Shown piece by piece: positions 24,646 to 37,214 of a stretch of 64,000 nt of DNA. The stretch's first letter is position 1. Each line of letters begins with the position of its first letter. Source of the DNA: Octopus sinensis (lineage: Eukaryota); assembly GCF_006345805.1 (NCBI RefSeq), contig NC_043010.1:55552001-55616000 (forward strand), given 5' to 3'. The translations under genes and the position numbers were made by a program. Under the pieces are notes generated by a model. The model was not told the origin of the DNA and made no database searches. It saw only the letters and a list, made by a program, of their open reading frames with translations.

Positions 24646-24762
24646 GCCGACACCACCACCGCCGACACCACCACCGCCGACACCACCACCGCCGACACCA
24701 CCACCGCCGACACCACCACCGCCGACACCACCACTGCCGACACCACCACCGCCGACACCACA
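24646..24762 (+). repeat. GC-rich 15-bp minisatellite (GCCGACACCACCACC) x7 plus a partial copy
   Basis: Counted directly; one substitution in unit 6; embedded in a CAC/CAT low-complexity tract at 24460-24965. Confidence 0.95.
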
Positions 24763-25260
24763 GCCGCCGCCGACGCTGACGCAGCCACCACTGCCGACGA
24801 CGACGTCATCACCACCGCCGCTACCATCGATATCATTAACACTGCCACCACCAACAGCAGCAGCTGCAGCAGCAACAACAACACCATCTTCCTCATCATC
24901 ACCATCATCATCACCACCATCGCCATTTTCGTCATCATCATCATCATCATCATCATCATCAGTATTTTATTACAGTATTGCATCATTCTGTTTCTATTAC
25001 AGATCCAAGCTACGTGTAACACGCAAAGTGTGTATTTTTTTATGTTTGCTTTTATTACATAAGAGAATATATTTGCTTTGTCTGGATGTGTGTGTGTGTG
25101 TATTTGCATTTGTGTATATGTGTTTGTGTATGCGCGCATGTTGCATTATTTTTTCCTTTTTTCCTTTTTCCTATCGATTTCCATATTTCCAATATTCACA
25201 ATGAAATGAACGGAGCCTAACAAAGTTATTTAAGTGTACATTGAACAATGTTTATAATCC

Positions 25261-25297
<37 letters not shown>

Positions 25298-25335
25298 TAT
25301 TATTACTATTATCATCATTATTATTACTATCATCA

Positions 25336-25376
<41 letters not shown>

Positions 25377-25394
25377 CTATCATCATCATTATTA

Positions 25395-25460
<66 letters not shown>

Positions 25461-25498
25461 TATTATTACTATTATCATCATTATTATTACTATCATCA

Positions 25499-25539
<41 letters not shown>

Positions 25540-25557
25540 CTATCATCATCATTATTA

Positions 25558-25612
<55 letters not shown>

Positions 25613-25735
25613 TATTATTATTATTATTACTATCATCATCATTGTTATCATTATTATTATTATTATTATTACTATTATTATTATTATTATTATTATTATT
25701 GTTGTTGTTATTAGTATTATTATTATTATTGTCGG
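25261..25735. repeat. (ATT)n/(CAT)n compound microsatellite
   Basis: Directly visible; a similar (ATT)n field lies at 34575-34985. Confidence 0.95.
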
Positions 25736-25926
25736 TGTTGTTGATATTATTATTATCAGCAGGTTTATCGATGAGATTACGAAACTACATATATGAATAG
25801 GAGTTTTATTTTTGAGTTTAGAATTACTATCTTCTAAATGTTTCTATTTCTACATCCATTTTCCTGTTCTTTAAATTGAGATATTTCCGGCCGCAATGGC
25901 TGAAAACCAACAAGCTAACAGTTTAT

Positions 25927-25969
<43 letters not shown>

Positions 25970-26788
25970 ATATATATATTTGATTCGTGTTGTTGGTGGT
26001 GCTGTTTCGTTATTGCTGTTTGTTGTTGTTGAGGTTGTTGTTGCTGTTATTGATATCACTATTTACTTCCTTTCTTTGTTTCTCTGCCAGTATGGAGAAC
26101 CATCATAACTGACATTAAACGGAAATTTTCTTGTATAGGATATTCTTTGTAGTGTGTATATATGTTTGGATTTTTCTATTTTGCGTAACGTAGATATTCT
26201 GTTATGAAATAAAGCAAGAAAAATATATATATATATATTTTGAGAAATATTATTTGATTCCAGAGAGAAAAAGAAACATACAGTTTTATTATAAAGTAAT
26301 TTTCCTTTTAAAACTATCTTATATAATATTGAAACTTTGAACATGTCTAAATATATTTTCCGATATGAAATTAATGGGTGGATGTCTTAATTCTTGTGTG
26401 AAGACATAATATGCTATTATTCGATGGATTTAACATCACCACTTCTGCTATTGTGCAACTTTGGCGGAGTCCATATTGTTGCCAGCATTCTGGTGAGGTT
26501 TCCGTTATGAAGGTGAATACTTAAATCGTATATTCTTCCTCTCTATCCTTCATCAGTTACGGCTGTCTTAGAAAAAATTGTTTATTGAAGCTGCGCTTCG
26601 TTTCTTACATAAATTAAAGGACTCTTTTATTTCTTTACACGTGTGAGTCGTCGAACTGCAGCCTTGCTAGTGGGGCACCACTTTGAATGGCTTACTCGGA
26701 CAGATCGACTCCAGTAATTAATCATTTCTGCCAAAATGCTATGTTGCCAAACGACGGTGGGTAACATACGCAAGTAAAAGACGTTTAC

Positions 26789-27234
26789 TTATTTCTGTAT
26801 TGCCCACAGGGGGCTAAAGACAGAGGGACAAACAAGGACAAACAAACGGATTGACTCGATTATATCGACCCCAGTGCGTAACTGGTACTTGTTTAATCGA
26901 CCGCAAAAGGATGAAAGGCAAAGTCGACCACGGTGGAATTTGAACTGAGAACGTAACGGCAGACGAAATACCGCTAAGCATTTTGCCCGGCGTGCTAACA
27001 ATTCTTATTTCTTTAATGCCCACAAGGAGCTAAACACAGAGGGGACAAACAAGGACAGACAAACGGATTAAGTCGATTATATCGACTCCAGTGCGTAACT
27101 GGTACTTATTTAATCGATCCCGAAAGGATGAAAGGCAAAGTCGACCACGGTGGAATTTGAACTGAGAACGTAACGGCAGACGAAATACCGCTAAGCATTT
27201 TGCCGGCGTGCTAAAGTTTCTGCCAGCTTGCCGC
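26789..27234 (-). mobile_element. Two tandem SINE-A copies
   Basis: Near-identical about 215-230 bp units, both carrying the variant GTCGACCACGGTGGAATTTG, which suggests local duplication. Confidence 0.85.
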
Positions 27235-27362
27235 AAAGACATTTACATACACACATACATATCATATATGTATTTCTTTCTCTCTCTCTCTCTCTCTCCC
27301 TCTCTCTGTATGTTTATATATATATATATATATATACAGCCACGCCTGCACATAATAATAGC

Positions 27363-27402
<40 letters not shown>

Positions 27403-28104
27403 TTCAACACCAGAAACAATAATGCAATTTCACAAACAACAAACAGTGTAAATAAGTGCAAAATAACAAAAATTAAGTATAAGACAAAACATACGGCGGT
27501 TATTGCAAAGGAAATATTTACCACATAGAAAGCTATGTCAATGAGAATGTTTACCTTTGAAGAACGCCACTAGTGACCTCATTATTGATTTTCAGAGTAT
27601 CTAGAGAAAAATTGTAATTCTCAAAATTTTATTAACAGAAATAATTCTTTAGAAGATTGTTATTCGTATTGTTTTCATAACCAAGAGCACAGTTTTGGTG
27701 TTAATTTTAATGTTAATTTTATCACATGTTGTTTGTTTATTCGACAATAACTCACAACTTATTACTTTTGTCTGTGCAATCTATCGAGAATGCTGTCAAA
27801 GAATGGTTTTTAGATCTCCAATAGACAAGAGCCATAGGTAATAAATGTATTGTAACTATACAATACTTATCGGTGTACAAGATATAATGGTAAATAAGTT
27901 CTCTATATCTGGAGGAGCACTAAACCTATGGAGAAACACTGAAATTAAACGACTGTATTCTCATCCCTATACACGGATATTCTTCTATACTGCTCCGCCT
28001 CCTTTTGCTCTCTTCCTTATTCCGCCATAGAACCGAATTTTCTAATTTTTTTCTATCTTTCTCACCACTCTTTCTATTTCTTTATGTTCACTTTATATTT
28101 TGCT

Positions 28105-28145
28105 GTTTCTTCTGATGAAAGACCTGCATCCGAAACGTCAATATT
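28105..28145 (+). ncRNA. Degenerate minimal hammerhead-like motif
   Basis: CTGATGA(28112-18)-AAGACCTGCATCC-GAAAC-GTC-AA; core and GUC intact, stems I and II weak. Confidence 0.35.
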
Positions 28146-28650
28146 TTCCCTTTTCTCTTTCTTGTTAAACTAATGCAACATGTATTAATACGTATACCTC
28201 TCGTGTTGTTTCCTCTATTTCTAATAGACTTATATTACGATGCTATATTTCTCTATGTACCACTATAGTTCATATAACAATATCATAAAGAAACCAGCTA
28301 AATAAAATGATCCAGAGCCAAATTTCCAGAATTTATAAAAACCGTTTGTGTAGCATCGCGTTATCACCGTAAAGAATCTACCGCAAAAGCAACTCCAAGA
28401 TTGGCTACAAATGAAGAACATAAAATTATTCAAACGTAGGAAGAAACGTCAAAGAAATAATTGAATAATTTTAACTGAAGAGAAAATCTTGGTCAAGTAA
28501 TCTTAAGGCAAAGTAATGCAGCATCACACATTATTTTTACAATACTAACAGAATGAATACCACGGGAGACTGATCACAACACATCGTACTAAATAAACCA
28601 ACAGAGATGAAGTTACAATAAACAAGGAACGTCCGCCTCTAAACCTGCCA

Positions 28651-28654
<4 letters not shown>

Positions 28655-28685
<31 letters not shown>

Positions 28686-28934
28686 CAGCAACAGCAGTAG
28701 TAGTAGCAGCAACAGCAGCACTAGTAGTAGAAGTGGCAGCAACAGTAGTAGTAGTAGCAGCAGCAGCAGTAGCATTAGTATTATTATTATTATTATTATT
28801 AGTAGTAGTAGTAGTAGTAGTAGAGTAGCAACAGTAGTAGTAGTAGCAGCAGCTGCAACAGCATTAGTAGTAGAGATAGTAGTAGTAGTAGTAATATTAG
28901 TAGTAGTAGCAGCAACAGCAGTAGTAGTAGTAGT

Positions 28935-29013
<79 letters not shown>

Positions 29014-29187
29014 TAGTAGTAGTAGTAGCAGCAACAGCAGTAGTAGTAGTAGCAGCAGCAGCAGTAGTAGTAGTAGAGTAGCAACAGTAGTAGTAGTAGC
29101 AGCAGCTGCAACAGCATTAGTAGTAGAGATAGTAGTAGTAGTAGTAATATTAGTAGTAGTAGCAGCAACAGTAGTAGTAGTAGTAGT

Positions 29188-29235
<48 letters not shown>
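28655..29235. repeat. (AGT)n/(AGC)n compound microsatellite with internal 253-bp-period duplication
   Basis: The interrupted block AGAGTAGCAACAG...GCTGCAACAGCATTAG...GAGATAG...AATATTAG occurs at 28822 and 29075. Confidence 0.9.
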
Positions 29236-29236
<1 letters not shown>

Positions 29237-29634
29237 AAAAGAACCGTTTGTGGCGATAAAAAATATATCAATAAGAGCCCCTTAGAAAATTTGATACACG
29301 AAATTAAACCATGTTTTCAGAGGTAAAACTCATACAAATTAACGGCATATTACAAACCAGAGAAGTAGTATATAACATAAAGAAAAAAGAAAAACAATGC
29401 TTTAATCAAACAGTATAATGTGCATTAGAAATAATTGCAGAGCAAATAAACGAAATTGGTAAAACGGCCTTAAATCGATGAAGAGCAGACGATAAAAAAA
29501 TAAGAGAGAAACACTTTTTGTCATTGTTGAAAGCAATAAAAATAACGACAGAACTGAAAAAAAAATGTGGAATGGAGAAATGTTACAGAAATATAGTATT
29601 TTTTTTAAAAAATGCATAGAAGTATCCAAAATAA

Positions 29635-30140
29635 GAGAGAGAAAATAGAAAGAAAAGAAAGGAAGAAAGAAAGAAAGAAAGGAAAGAAGAAAGAAAGAAA
29701 GAAAGAAAGGAAGGAAGGAAGGAAGAAAGAAAGAAACGACGAAAGAAAGAAAGAAAAAAGGAAGACCGAATGAATGTATGAATGAATAAAAGAAAGAAAG
29801 AACGAAAGAAAAAAGAAAGAAAGAAAGAAGAAAGAAAGTAAGAAAGAAAGAAAGAAAGAAAGAAGGAAAGAAAGAAGGAAAGAAAGAAAGAAAGAAAGGA
29901 AGAAACAACGAAAGAAAGAGAAAAAAGAAAGATGGAAAGAAAAAAGGAAGAACGAATGAATGTATGAATGAATAAAAGAAAGAAAGAAAGAAAGAAGGAA
30001 AGAAAGAAGGAAGAAAGAAAGAAAGAGGGAAAGAAAGAATAAATGAATGAATGAAAGAAAGGAAAAAGAAAGAAGAAAAGAAACAAAGCAAGAAAGAAAA
30101 GAGAAAGAAGGAAAGAAAGAAAGAAAGAAAAAAAAATGGG
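29635..30140. repeat. Polypurine (AAAG)/(GGAA) tract
   Basis: About 500 bp that is nearly all purine; CGAATGAATGTATGAATG occurs at 29767 and 29953. Confidence 0.95.
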
Positions 30141-30184
30141 TGAATAAAAAAAATATATAAATAAACGCTTGAAACAACAGAGTC

Positions 30185-30452
30185 TCACTAAATCGGAATC
30201 AATCAATCGGTATGAAAACAATAACGAACCTTTGAACAAAAGCAAACAGTTTGACTTCATCGCAAAACGATTTATCAAGAACTAAGGGCAAGATGAATTA
30301 AAAATCAATGAGGCATCGGCAGGAAGAAGGGAAGTAGGAGTTATTCAGGGAAGGGAGTGTGAACTGTAAAAAGGAATCACGTGGATGAACTTTGCTTCGA
30401 ACGAGCAAACGCTGTGCCTGAACAATGGGAGGAAGCCATATTAATACGAAAA

Positions 30453-30460
<8 letters not shown>
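30185..30460 (+). mobile_element. Possible decayed R4/Dong-like ORF (pre-RT region)
   Basis: INRYENNNE...KQFD..KRF(Y)QELR across frameshifts, similar to the segment at about 42050-42130. Confidence 0.35.
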
Positions 30461-30489
<29 letters not shown>

Positions 30490-30578
30490 ATTGGAAAAGA
30501 ACGTGAAAGATTTGGAGTCATCAAAATGTGATAAAAATCGCAAATTTAAGGTTCAAAATGTTTTACAAGTACACATAA

Positions 30579-30953
30579 CGCAGGAGTGGCTGTGTGGTAA
30601 GTAGCTTGTTTACCAACCACATGGTTCCGGGTTCAGTCCCACTGCGTGGCACCTTGGGCAAGTGTCTTCTGCTATAGCCTCGGGCCAACCAAAGCCTTGT
30701 GAGTGGATTTGGTAGACGGAAACTGAAAGAAGCCTGTCGTATATATGTATATATATATGCATATGTATGTATGTGTGTGTATATGTTTGTGTGTGTGTTT
30801 GTCCCCCTAGCATTGCTTGACAACCGATGCTGGTGTGTTTACGTCCCCGTCACCTAGCGGTTCGGCAAAACAGACCGATAGAATAAGTACTGGGCTTACA
30901 AAGAATAAGTCCCGGGGTCGATTTGCTCGACTAAAGGCGGTGCTCCAGCATGG
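30579..30953 (+). mobile_element. SINE-B, tail clipped at CCAGCATGG
   Basis: Full head and body; fused tail-to-tail with an inverted SINE-A. Confidence 0.9.
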
Positions 30954-31161
30954 GGCTAAACACAGAGGGGACAAACAAGGACAGACAAACGGATTAAGAT
31001 GATTACATCGACCCCAGTGCGTAACTGGTACTTAATTTGTCGAGCCCGAAAGGATGAAAGGCAAAGTCGAACTCGGCGGAATTTGAACCCAGAACGTAAC
31101 GACAGACGCAATACGGCTACGCATTTCGCCCGGCGTGCTAACGTTTCTGCCAGCTCGCCGC
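30952..31161 (-). mobile_element. SINE-A, tail clipped at GCCCC
   Basis: Reverse complement has the full head GCGGCGAGCTGGCAGAAACGTTAGCACGCCGGGCG. Confidence 0.9.
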
Positions 31162-31268
31162 ACACACACACACACACACACACCACACACACACACACAC
31201 ACCATATATATATATATAATATATATATATCTATATATATATATATACACATATATATATATACACAC

Positions 31269-31455
<187 letters not shown>

Positions 31456-31770
31456 AAAGATCATTATGTGTCAGTAAAGATCAATTACTGATAAACAAAT
31501 CTATAAAAAGATACGCCATCACATATAACGAACGTGTTAAGCCTGGATGGACTTGAATGCAAATTTTATGGGAGGGCAATCAACTACATTTTCAACATCA
31601 GCGATCTTAGCTGATAAGCAAGTAGAAATATTACTACGTGCAATGTAAAGATTTGCTAGTGAAAACGATATGAGACTCGTATTAGAAAAAAATATACCAC
31701 AGCGGCAAGATAAGGTAAAAAAAATTAAGAACGTTAGTGTTATGTTAAGACGAAGTAAATGCATGAAACA

Positions 31771-32171
31771 CTAGCAGTATCGCCCGGCGTTGCTCGGGTT
31801 TGTAAGGGAAATAACTATATAAGCATTTTTAGAGATGTAAAGTATAATAGCCATCTCAATATGGCTAACCACAAAGGTGGGAGGGGTGTTACTGTAGCTT
31901 TTTACGTTCTGAGATTTAATAATAAATTTTTAGAGAGTTACTTCCCTTATATATGCCAAAACTGCATTAAAAATGTGAATAATTGATGGTAAATTTTTTT
32001 TTTTAATTGTAGACTCATCGTAGACGCGCACTAATACCCAGAAGGGCTCGATATGAATCACGACTATAAGATACCCGGTTTTGGTTAAACTGCACTGCAA
32101 AATGTGGGAGTAGTTAGGAATCTAAATCGTAGGAGACAGACAGCACACAACCTCACTTTTATATATAAAGA
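31771..32171 (-). mobile_element. Complete non-autonomous Helitron (401 bp)
   Basis: Minus strand: A|TCTTTATATATAAAAG...CCCGAGCAACGCCGGG (hairpin) CGATACTG CTAG|T. It has 5' TC, a subterminal hairpin, 3' CTAG, an AT target site and no TSD. Confidence 0.85.
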
Positions 32172-33195
32172 TTAGAAGAGAAACAGGTTTAAGAAAACTT
32201 AGCAACTGATAAGGTAGATGACGTTCGAATCGCACAAATAAAGGATAATGATCCTGTGATGCACCTGAACACATCATCAGTGTTGTTTTCTTGAGTCTTT
32301 GGATATTTCGGGTCATTCATAACCAACGGTCAGAACCCTTCCCTATGTGTCCCATTTAGCGTCCAGTTAGCACTACACCAGATAACACTACCCTTTCCAG
32401 GGTTCATACATTCTGATCCTAAGCCACTTTGAGCCAACTTCTATTGCCTCCACACCCACCTGGATGGCCTTCCGCCCACCTATCTCCATTATTCCCAGCA
32501 TATTTTAGGCTCTACAGACGGCAGGGACTGAAGACATTCTGCATCGTACCAGCTCAGTATACTTCGTTTTCTTCTTTTCAATATTTATAAAGGTGTTATT
32601 TTAATGCTTAGAAATAAATGCGAAAACAAGACGCTAAAAAGCCGCTATAATCTACTTATCCCTCATAAACTTAGAGTTTATAAGAGTTTCATTTTGTCAC
32701 TAAATAAATTAGCCAGGTTACACAGAATGAAATAAGACAATTTATGACTGAGTTCAGAACACATCACATAAAAACTGAAACAGACATATAAATTGTGGTA
32801 TTATTACAAGTACATACAAAGCCGTCATAAAATACATACAAGTGGACGACAACTAGAATAGATAGTAGAAGATGAGAAACTAAAGAAAATAACTATAGTA
32901 CACGAACAAATAATAACTGTACCTGATCTGTAAGGAAACTAAGATTTTTTTTAAAAGCCACATGGTGCGGGGTTCAGTCCCACTGCGTGGCACCTTGGGT
33001 AAGTGACTTCTAGTATATACTTGGGAGCGACCAAAGCTTATATATACATTTGTATATATGAAAACTCCACTAGAGTGGACGAAAGCGCTGATATATGATA
33101 TATGATATATGAAAACATGTAACATACTAATAAATATCTGTAAATATAAAACCATCCAGATTTCTGAGTACCTCATTTCTTCAAATACATTTGTA

Positions 33196-33251
<56 letters not shown>

Positions 33252-33356
33252 TTTGTATATATATATATATATATATGCATTTGTATATGTATACATATAT
33301 GTCTATATATGAATATGTATGTATGTATATATATAATATATATATGTATATATATA

Positions 33357-33413
<57 letters not shown>

Positions 33414-33886
33414 ATATGTATATATATATATCAGACATTATCGCCATCCAGGGACAGACAAGTTTTATCGCACCATTCTTTATAGGGCAATGCAATAAAC
33501 TAAAATAACATAAAGAAATAAAATACATTACCCTACTCCAGCAAAGCAAACCGGTTGTAGCACATAAGGTGCAATTTTCGGCCAACAAAAGACAACGCCA
33601 ATTATATGTCAGAAACATGGATCTGTCCCCATTATTGCGATGAGAAATAACCAATGGATTTGAAAATACAAAAATGCCATTGTTATTGTTTGTACACACG
33701 GCACGAGACCTCAAATATTGTAAGGTCCCGAAAGGATAGAAAGGCAAAATCGACATCAATGGAATTTGAACTCAGAACGTAAAATTAGAACAGATGCCGC
33801 TAAGCATTTTGTCGGACATTGTAACCATTTTCCAGCACCCCACCTTCAAATTTATACTACTACTACTACTACTATTACTGTTGCTA

Positions 33887-34238
33887 CTGCTGCTGCTGCT
33901 GCTGTTGAGCGAACGGTCTTCGTCCCAGAGCTCGCAAGATGGGAGAAGTCCGAAACGTGGACCTTTGCTATTCGTAAGACCCGCAGAAGAGAAAGCAGGT
34001 CAACCCCCCACACCGAGAGCATCGACGGATGGATGAATGCGCATCCAGGCTCAGCGGTTGCGTAGGAAGTCGGGGACAAGAAACAGGAAGAAAGAGTGAG
34101 AGAAATTTGGAGCGATTTGGAGAGAATCGTGGAGCTTTAGGTGTTTTCGCTCAATAAACACACACAACGCCCGGTCTGGGAATCGAAACTGCGATCCTCC
34201 GACCGCGAGTCCGCTGCCCTAACCATTGGGCCATTGCG

Positions 34239-34241
<3 letters not shown>
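33887..34241 (-). mobile_element. SINE-C with tail type 3, embedded in (CTG)n
   Basis: Standard head, body hairpin deleted, unique tail ...GGTCTTACGAATAGCAAAGGTCCACGTTTCGG...CGTTCGCTCAACAGCAGC; (GCT)n on both flanks. Confidence 0.85.
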
Positions 34242-34272
<31 letters not shown>

Positions 34273-34596
34273 AAATCTTTAGGTGGAGTTTAGTCGATTA
34301 CATTGAACTGAGTGTTCAACAGGTATTTATTTTATCGACACCGAAAGAATTGAAGGTGAAGTCCTTTTCGGCGAAATTTGTACTCAAAGCGTTGAGACGG
34401 ACTAAATACCGCTAAGCACTTCGTCCGGTGGACTAATAGTTCTGCCAGTATTATCACTTTTATATTAAAGTGGATGTATTTTCTCCATTTTGTACTAATT
34501 TTTCAGAGACCACGTGAAGCAACGTTTTTGATTCCCTCGTTTATGGAAAAAACATTTTTATTTTAACATTATTTTTTATTATTATTATTATTATTA

Positions 34597-34637
<41 letters not shown>

Positions 34638-34663
34638 ATTATTAATATTATTATTATTATTAA

Positions 34664-34739
<76 letters not shown>

Positions 34740-34761
34740 AATAATAATTTTATTATTATTA

Positions 34762-34792
<31 letters not shown>

Positions 34793-34819
34793 GTTATTAT
34801 TATTATTATTATTATTAAT

Positions 34820-34855
<36 letters not shown>

Positions 34856-34933
34856 TTATTATTATATTATTATTATTATTATTATTATTAATTTTATTAT
34901 TATTATTATTATTATCATTATTATTATTATTAT

Positions 34934-34968
<35 letters not shown>

Positions 34969-35575
34969 TTATTATTATTATTATTTTTAATGTCACCAGT
35001 GTTTCCATTTTGTTTATATTATTGATATGATGTCCCCTGCGGTGGTGTTTGGAGATTTCTAGCATGTTACTAGCAATCTCACGCAGAGAGAAAAAGATCT
35101 TGACGGCTGCCTCATTCTTTATGGTTTGTAAAAAAAAAAAAAAAAAGAAGAAAAACGATTTGATTGAATAAAACGGAAACTGAACGAAGAACCGAACGAA
35201 CAATGACATTAACAATTTAAACACGGACATTACTGCAAATGACATTAAGACTAAAAACACAAGCCTCTGTACAGACAGCTCCAACGAGAACAGCAGCTGC
35301 TCTAACAATGGCAAAAGTGCATAAATTACACTGGCCCAAAACATTTTCTATCTCTTTTTCTTCGTCTACACTCCACTGTCAACTGAGAAGGGAAGCTGAA
35401 GAACATCTCTATAAAGCTGGAAAATATTCAGCCTGATGAGATGTAACAGACGGATACAATATGGTTTCAGAAAATATATCACAATATTTATCATTTTATC
35501 ATCAAAATATATCCGGTAACTTGTGGCATATCGCCCGTCTTCTGTCACCTGTTCTCGTATCGCATGTTGTGGATT

Positions 35576-35890
35576 GTGGAGGCGCAATGGCCCGGTGGTT
35601 AGGGCAGTGGACGCGCGGTCGGAGGATCACGGTTTCGATTCCCAGACCGGGCGTTGTGTGTGTTTATTGAGCGAAAACACCTAAAGCTCCACGAGGATCC
35701 GGCAGGGGCTGGTGGCGACCCCTGTTGTACTCTTTCGTCCCAGCTTTCTCTCACTCTTTCTTCCTGTTTCTTGAGTAACGCTGCGATGGACTGGCGTCCC
35801 GTCCGGCTGGGGGGAACACATACGCCATAGAAACCGGGAAACCGGGCCCATGAACCTGGCTAGACTTGGAAAGGGCACATAAATAAAAAT
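35576..35890 (+). mobile_element. SINE-C with tail type 2
   Basis: GTGGAGGCGCAATGGCCCGGTGG head; tail GGCGTCCCGTCCGGCTGGGGGGAACACATACGCCATAGAAACCGGGAAACCGGGCCC, as at 17337. Confidence 0.85.
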
Positions 35891-36198
35891 AAATATTGCG
35901 AATTATGTTACCCTATCAAGTCAGGATTTGTTAAGTTAATCTTGTGTTATATTTATATATTTATTTATCTCTCTATTTATTTGTTCACCATATATTCCGG
36001 TACATAAAAAGCACGTTTTTGGTTGCTTAAGTGTCACAAAATATTGCCATACGTCTAATGTGACGTTATGTGTGGGAGTGCATTATGAAACGTATATTCT
36101 TTTCCACAAAATATCCATTTTCCCAAAATTAATATGGGTTTCTCATGAGAGAGTGCATCTTATACACCGGTAGACATGTATGTATTTATTTATTTTCT

Positions 36199-36535
36199 AC
36201 GGCTCAGTGGTTAGAGCGTCGAGCTTACGATCGTGAGGTTGTGAGCTCGAATCCCGGACCGGGCTGCGTGTTGTGTTCTTGAGCAAGGCACCTTATTTCA
36301 CGTTGCTCCAGTTCACTCAGCTGTAGAAATGAGTTGCGACGTCACTGGTTCCAAGCTGTATCGACCTTTGTCTTTCCCTTGGATAACACTGATGGCGTGG
36401 AGAGGGGAGGCTGGTATGCATGGGCGACTGCTGGTCTTCCATAAACAACCTTGCCCGGACTTGTGTCTAGGAGGATAACTTTCTAGGTGCAATCCCATGG
36501 TCATTCATGACCGAAGGGGGTCTTTACCCTTTACT
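36199..36535 (+). mobile_element. SINE-D (CORE-like SINE)
   Basis: GGCTCAGTGGTTAGAGCG...CTCGAATCCCGG head; CTTGAGCAAGGCACCTTATTTCACGTTGCTCCAGTTCACTCAGCTGTAGAAATGAG; ends GAAGGGGGTCTTTACCCTTTAC. Confidence 0.9.
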
Positions 36536-36665
36536 TACATGTTTCAAGGTTGCTGAACTATTATATATTTACGGATACGCATTTCAGTCATAGAATCATT
36601 ACATCAGTTTCTGAAATCTATGTTTAGACAGTAGCTGAATTGTAATCTTCATTTTTGTTGGAATT

Positions 36666-37076
36666 ACTCTTTTACTCTTTTGTTACTTGTTTTAGTCATT
36701 TGACTGCGGCCATGCTAGAGCACCGCCTTTAGTCGAACGCAAATCGACCCCAGGACTTATTCCTTGTAAGCCTAGTACTTATTCTATCGGTCTCCTTTGT
36801 GGAACCACTAAGTTACGGCGGACGTAAGCACACCAGCATCGGTTGTCAAGCGATGTTGGGGGGGACAAACACAGACACACAAACATATACACAGACATAT
36901 ATATACTTGCATATATACGACGGGCTTCTTTCAGTTTCCATCTACCAAATCCACTCACAAAGCTTTGGTTGGCCCGAGGCTATAGTAGAAGACACTTGCC
37001 CAAGGTGCCATGCAGTGGGACTGAACCCGGGACCATGTGGTTTGTAAGCAAGCTACTTACCACACAGCCACTCCTG
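36666..37076 (-). mobile_element. SINE-B near full-length
   Basis: Matches the reverse complement of 10946-11353. Confidence 0.9.
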
Positions 37077-37214
37077 TTTTTATTTTATTTATTTTATCTT
37101 TTTATTTTTAATTTATTGGTAGGAGAGGAGCACAATGCTCTTAAGCCATGTAAAAAAAGAAAAACAAGTATTGTTATATACAGTTCTATACATATATGCC
37201 ACAGTTGTCCAGAG

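Noticed and set aside
31540-31770. Protein-like frame AWMDLNANFMGGQSTTFSTSAILADKQVEILLRAM*RFASENDMRLVLEK
   Set aside because: It contains an internal stop and no motif I recognise; it may be a TE remnant but cannot be supported.
35576-35650. tRNA-like sequences (GGCGCAATGGCC...GTTTCGATTCC and SINE-D heads)
   Set aside because: They have A/B boxes but no complete acceptor stem, and they continue into SINE bodies; these are SINE heads, not tRNA genes.
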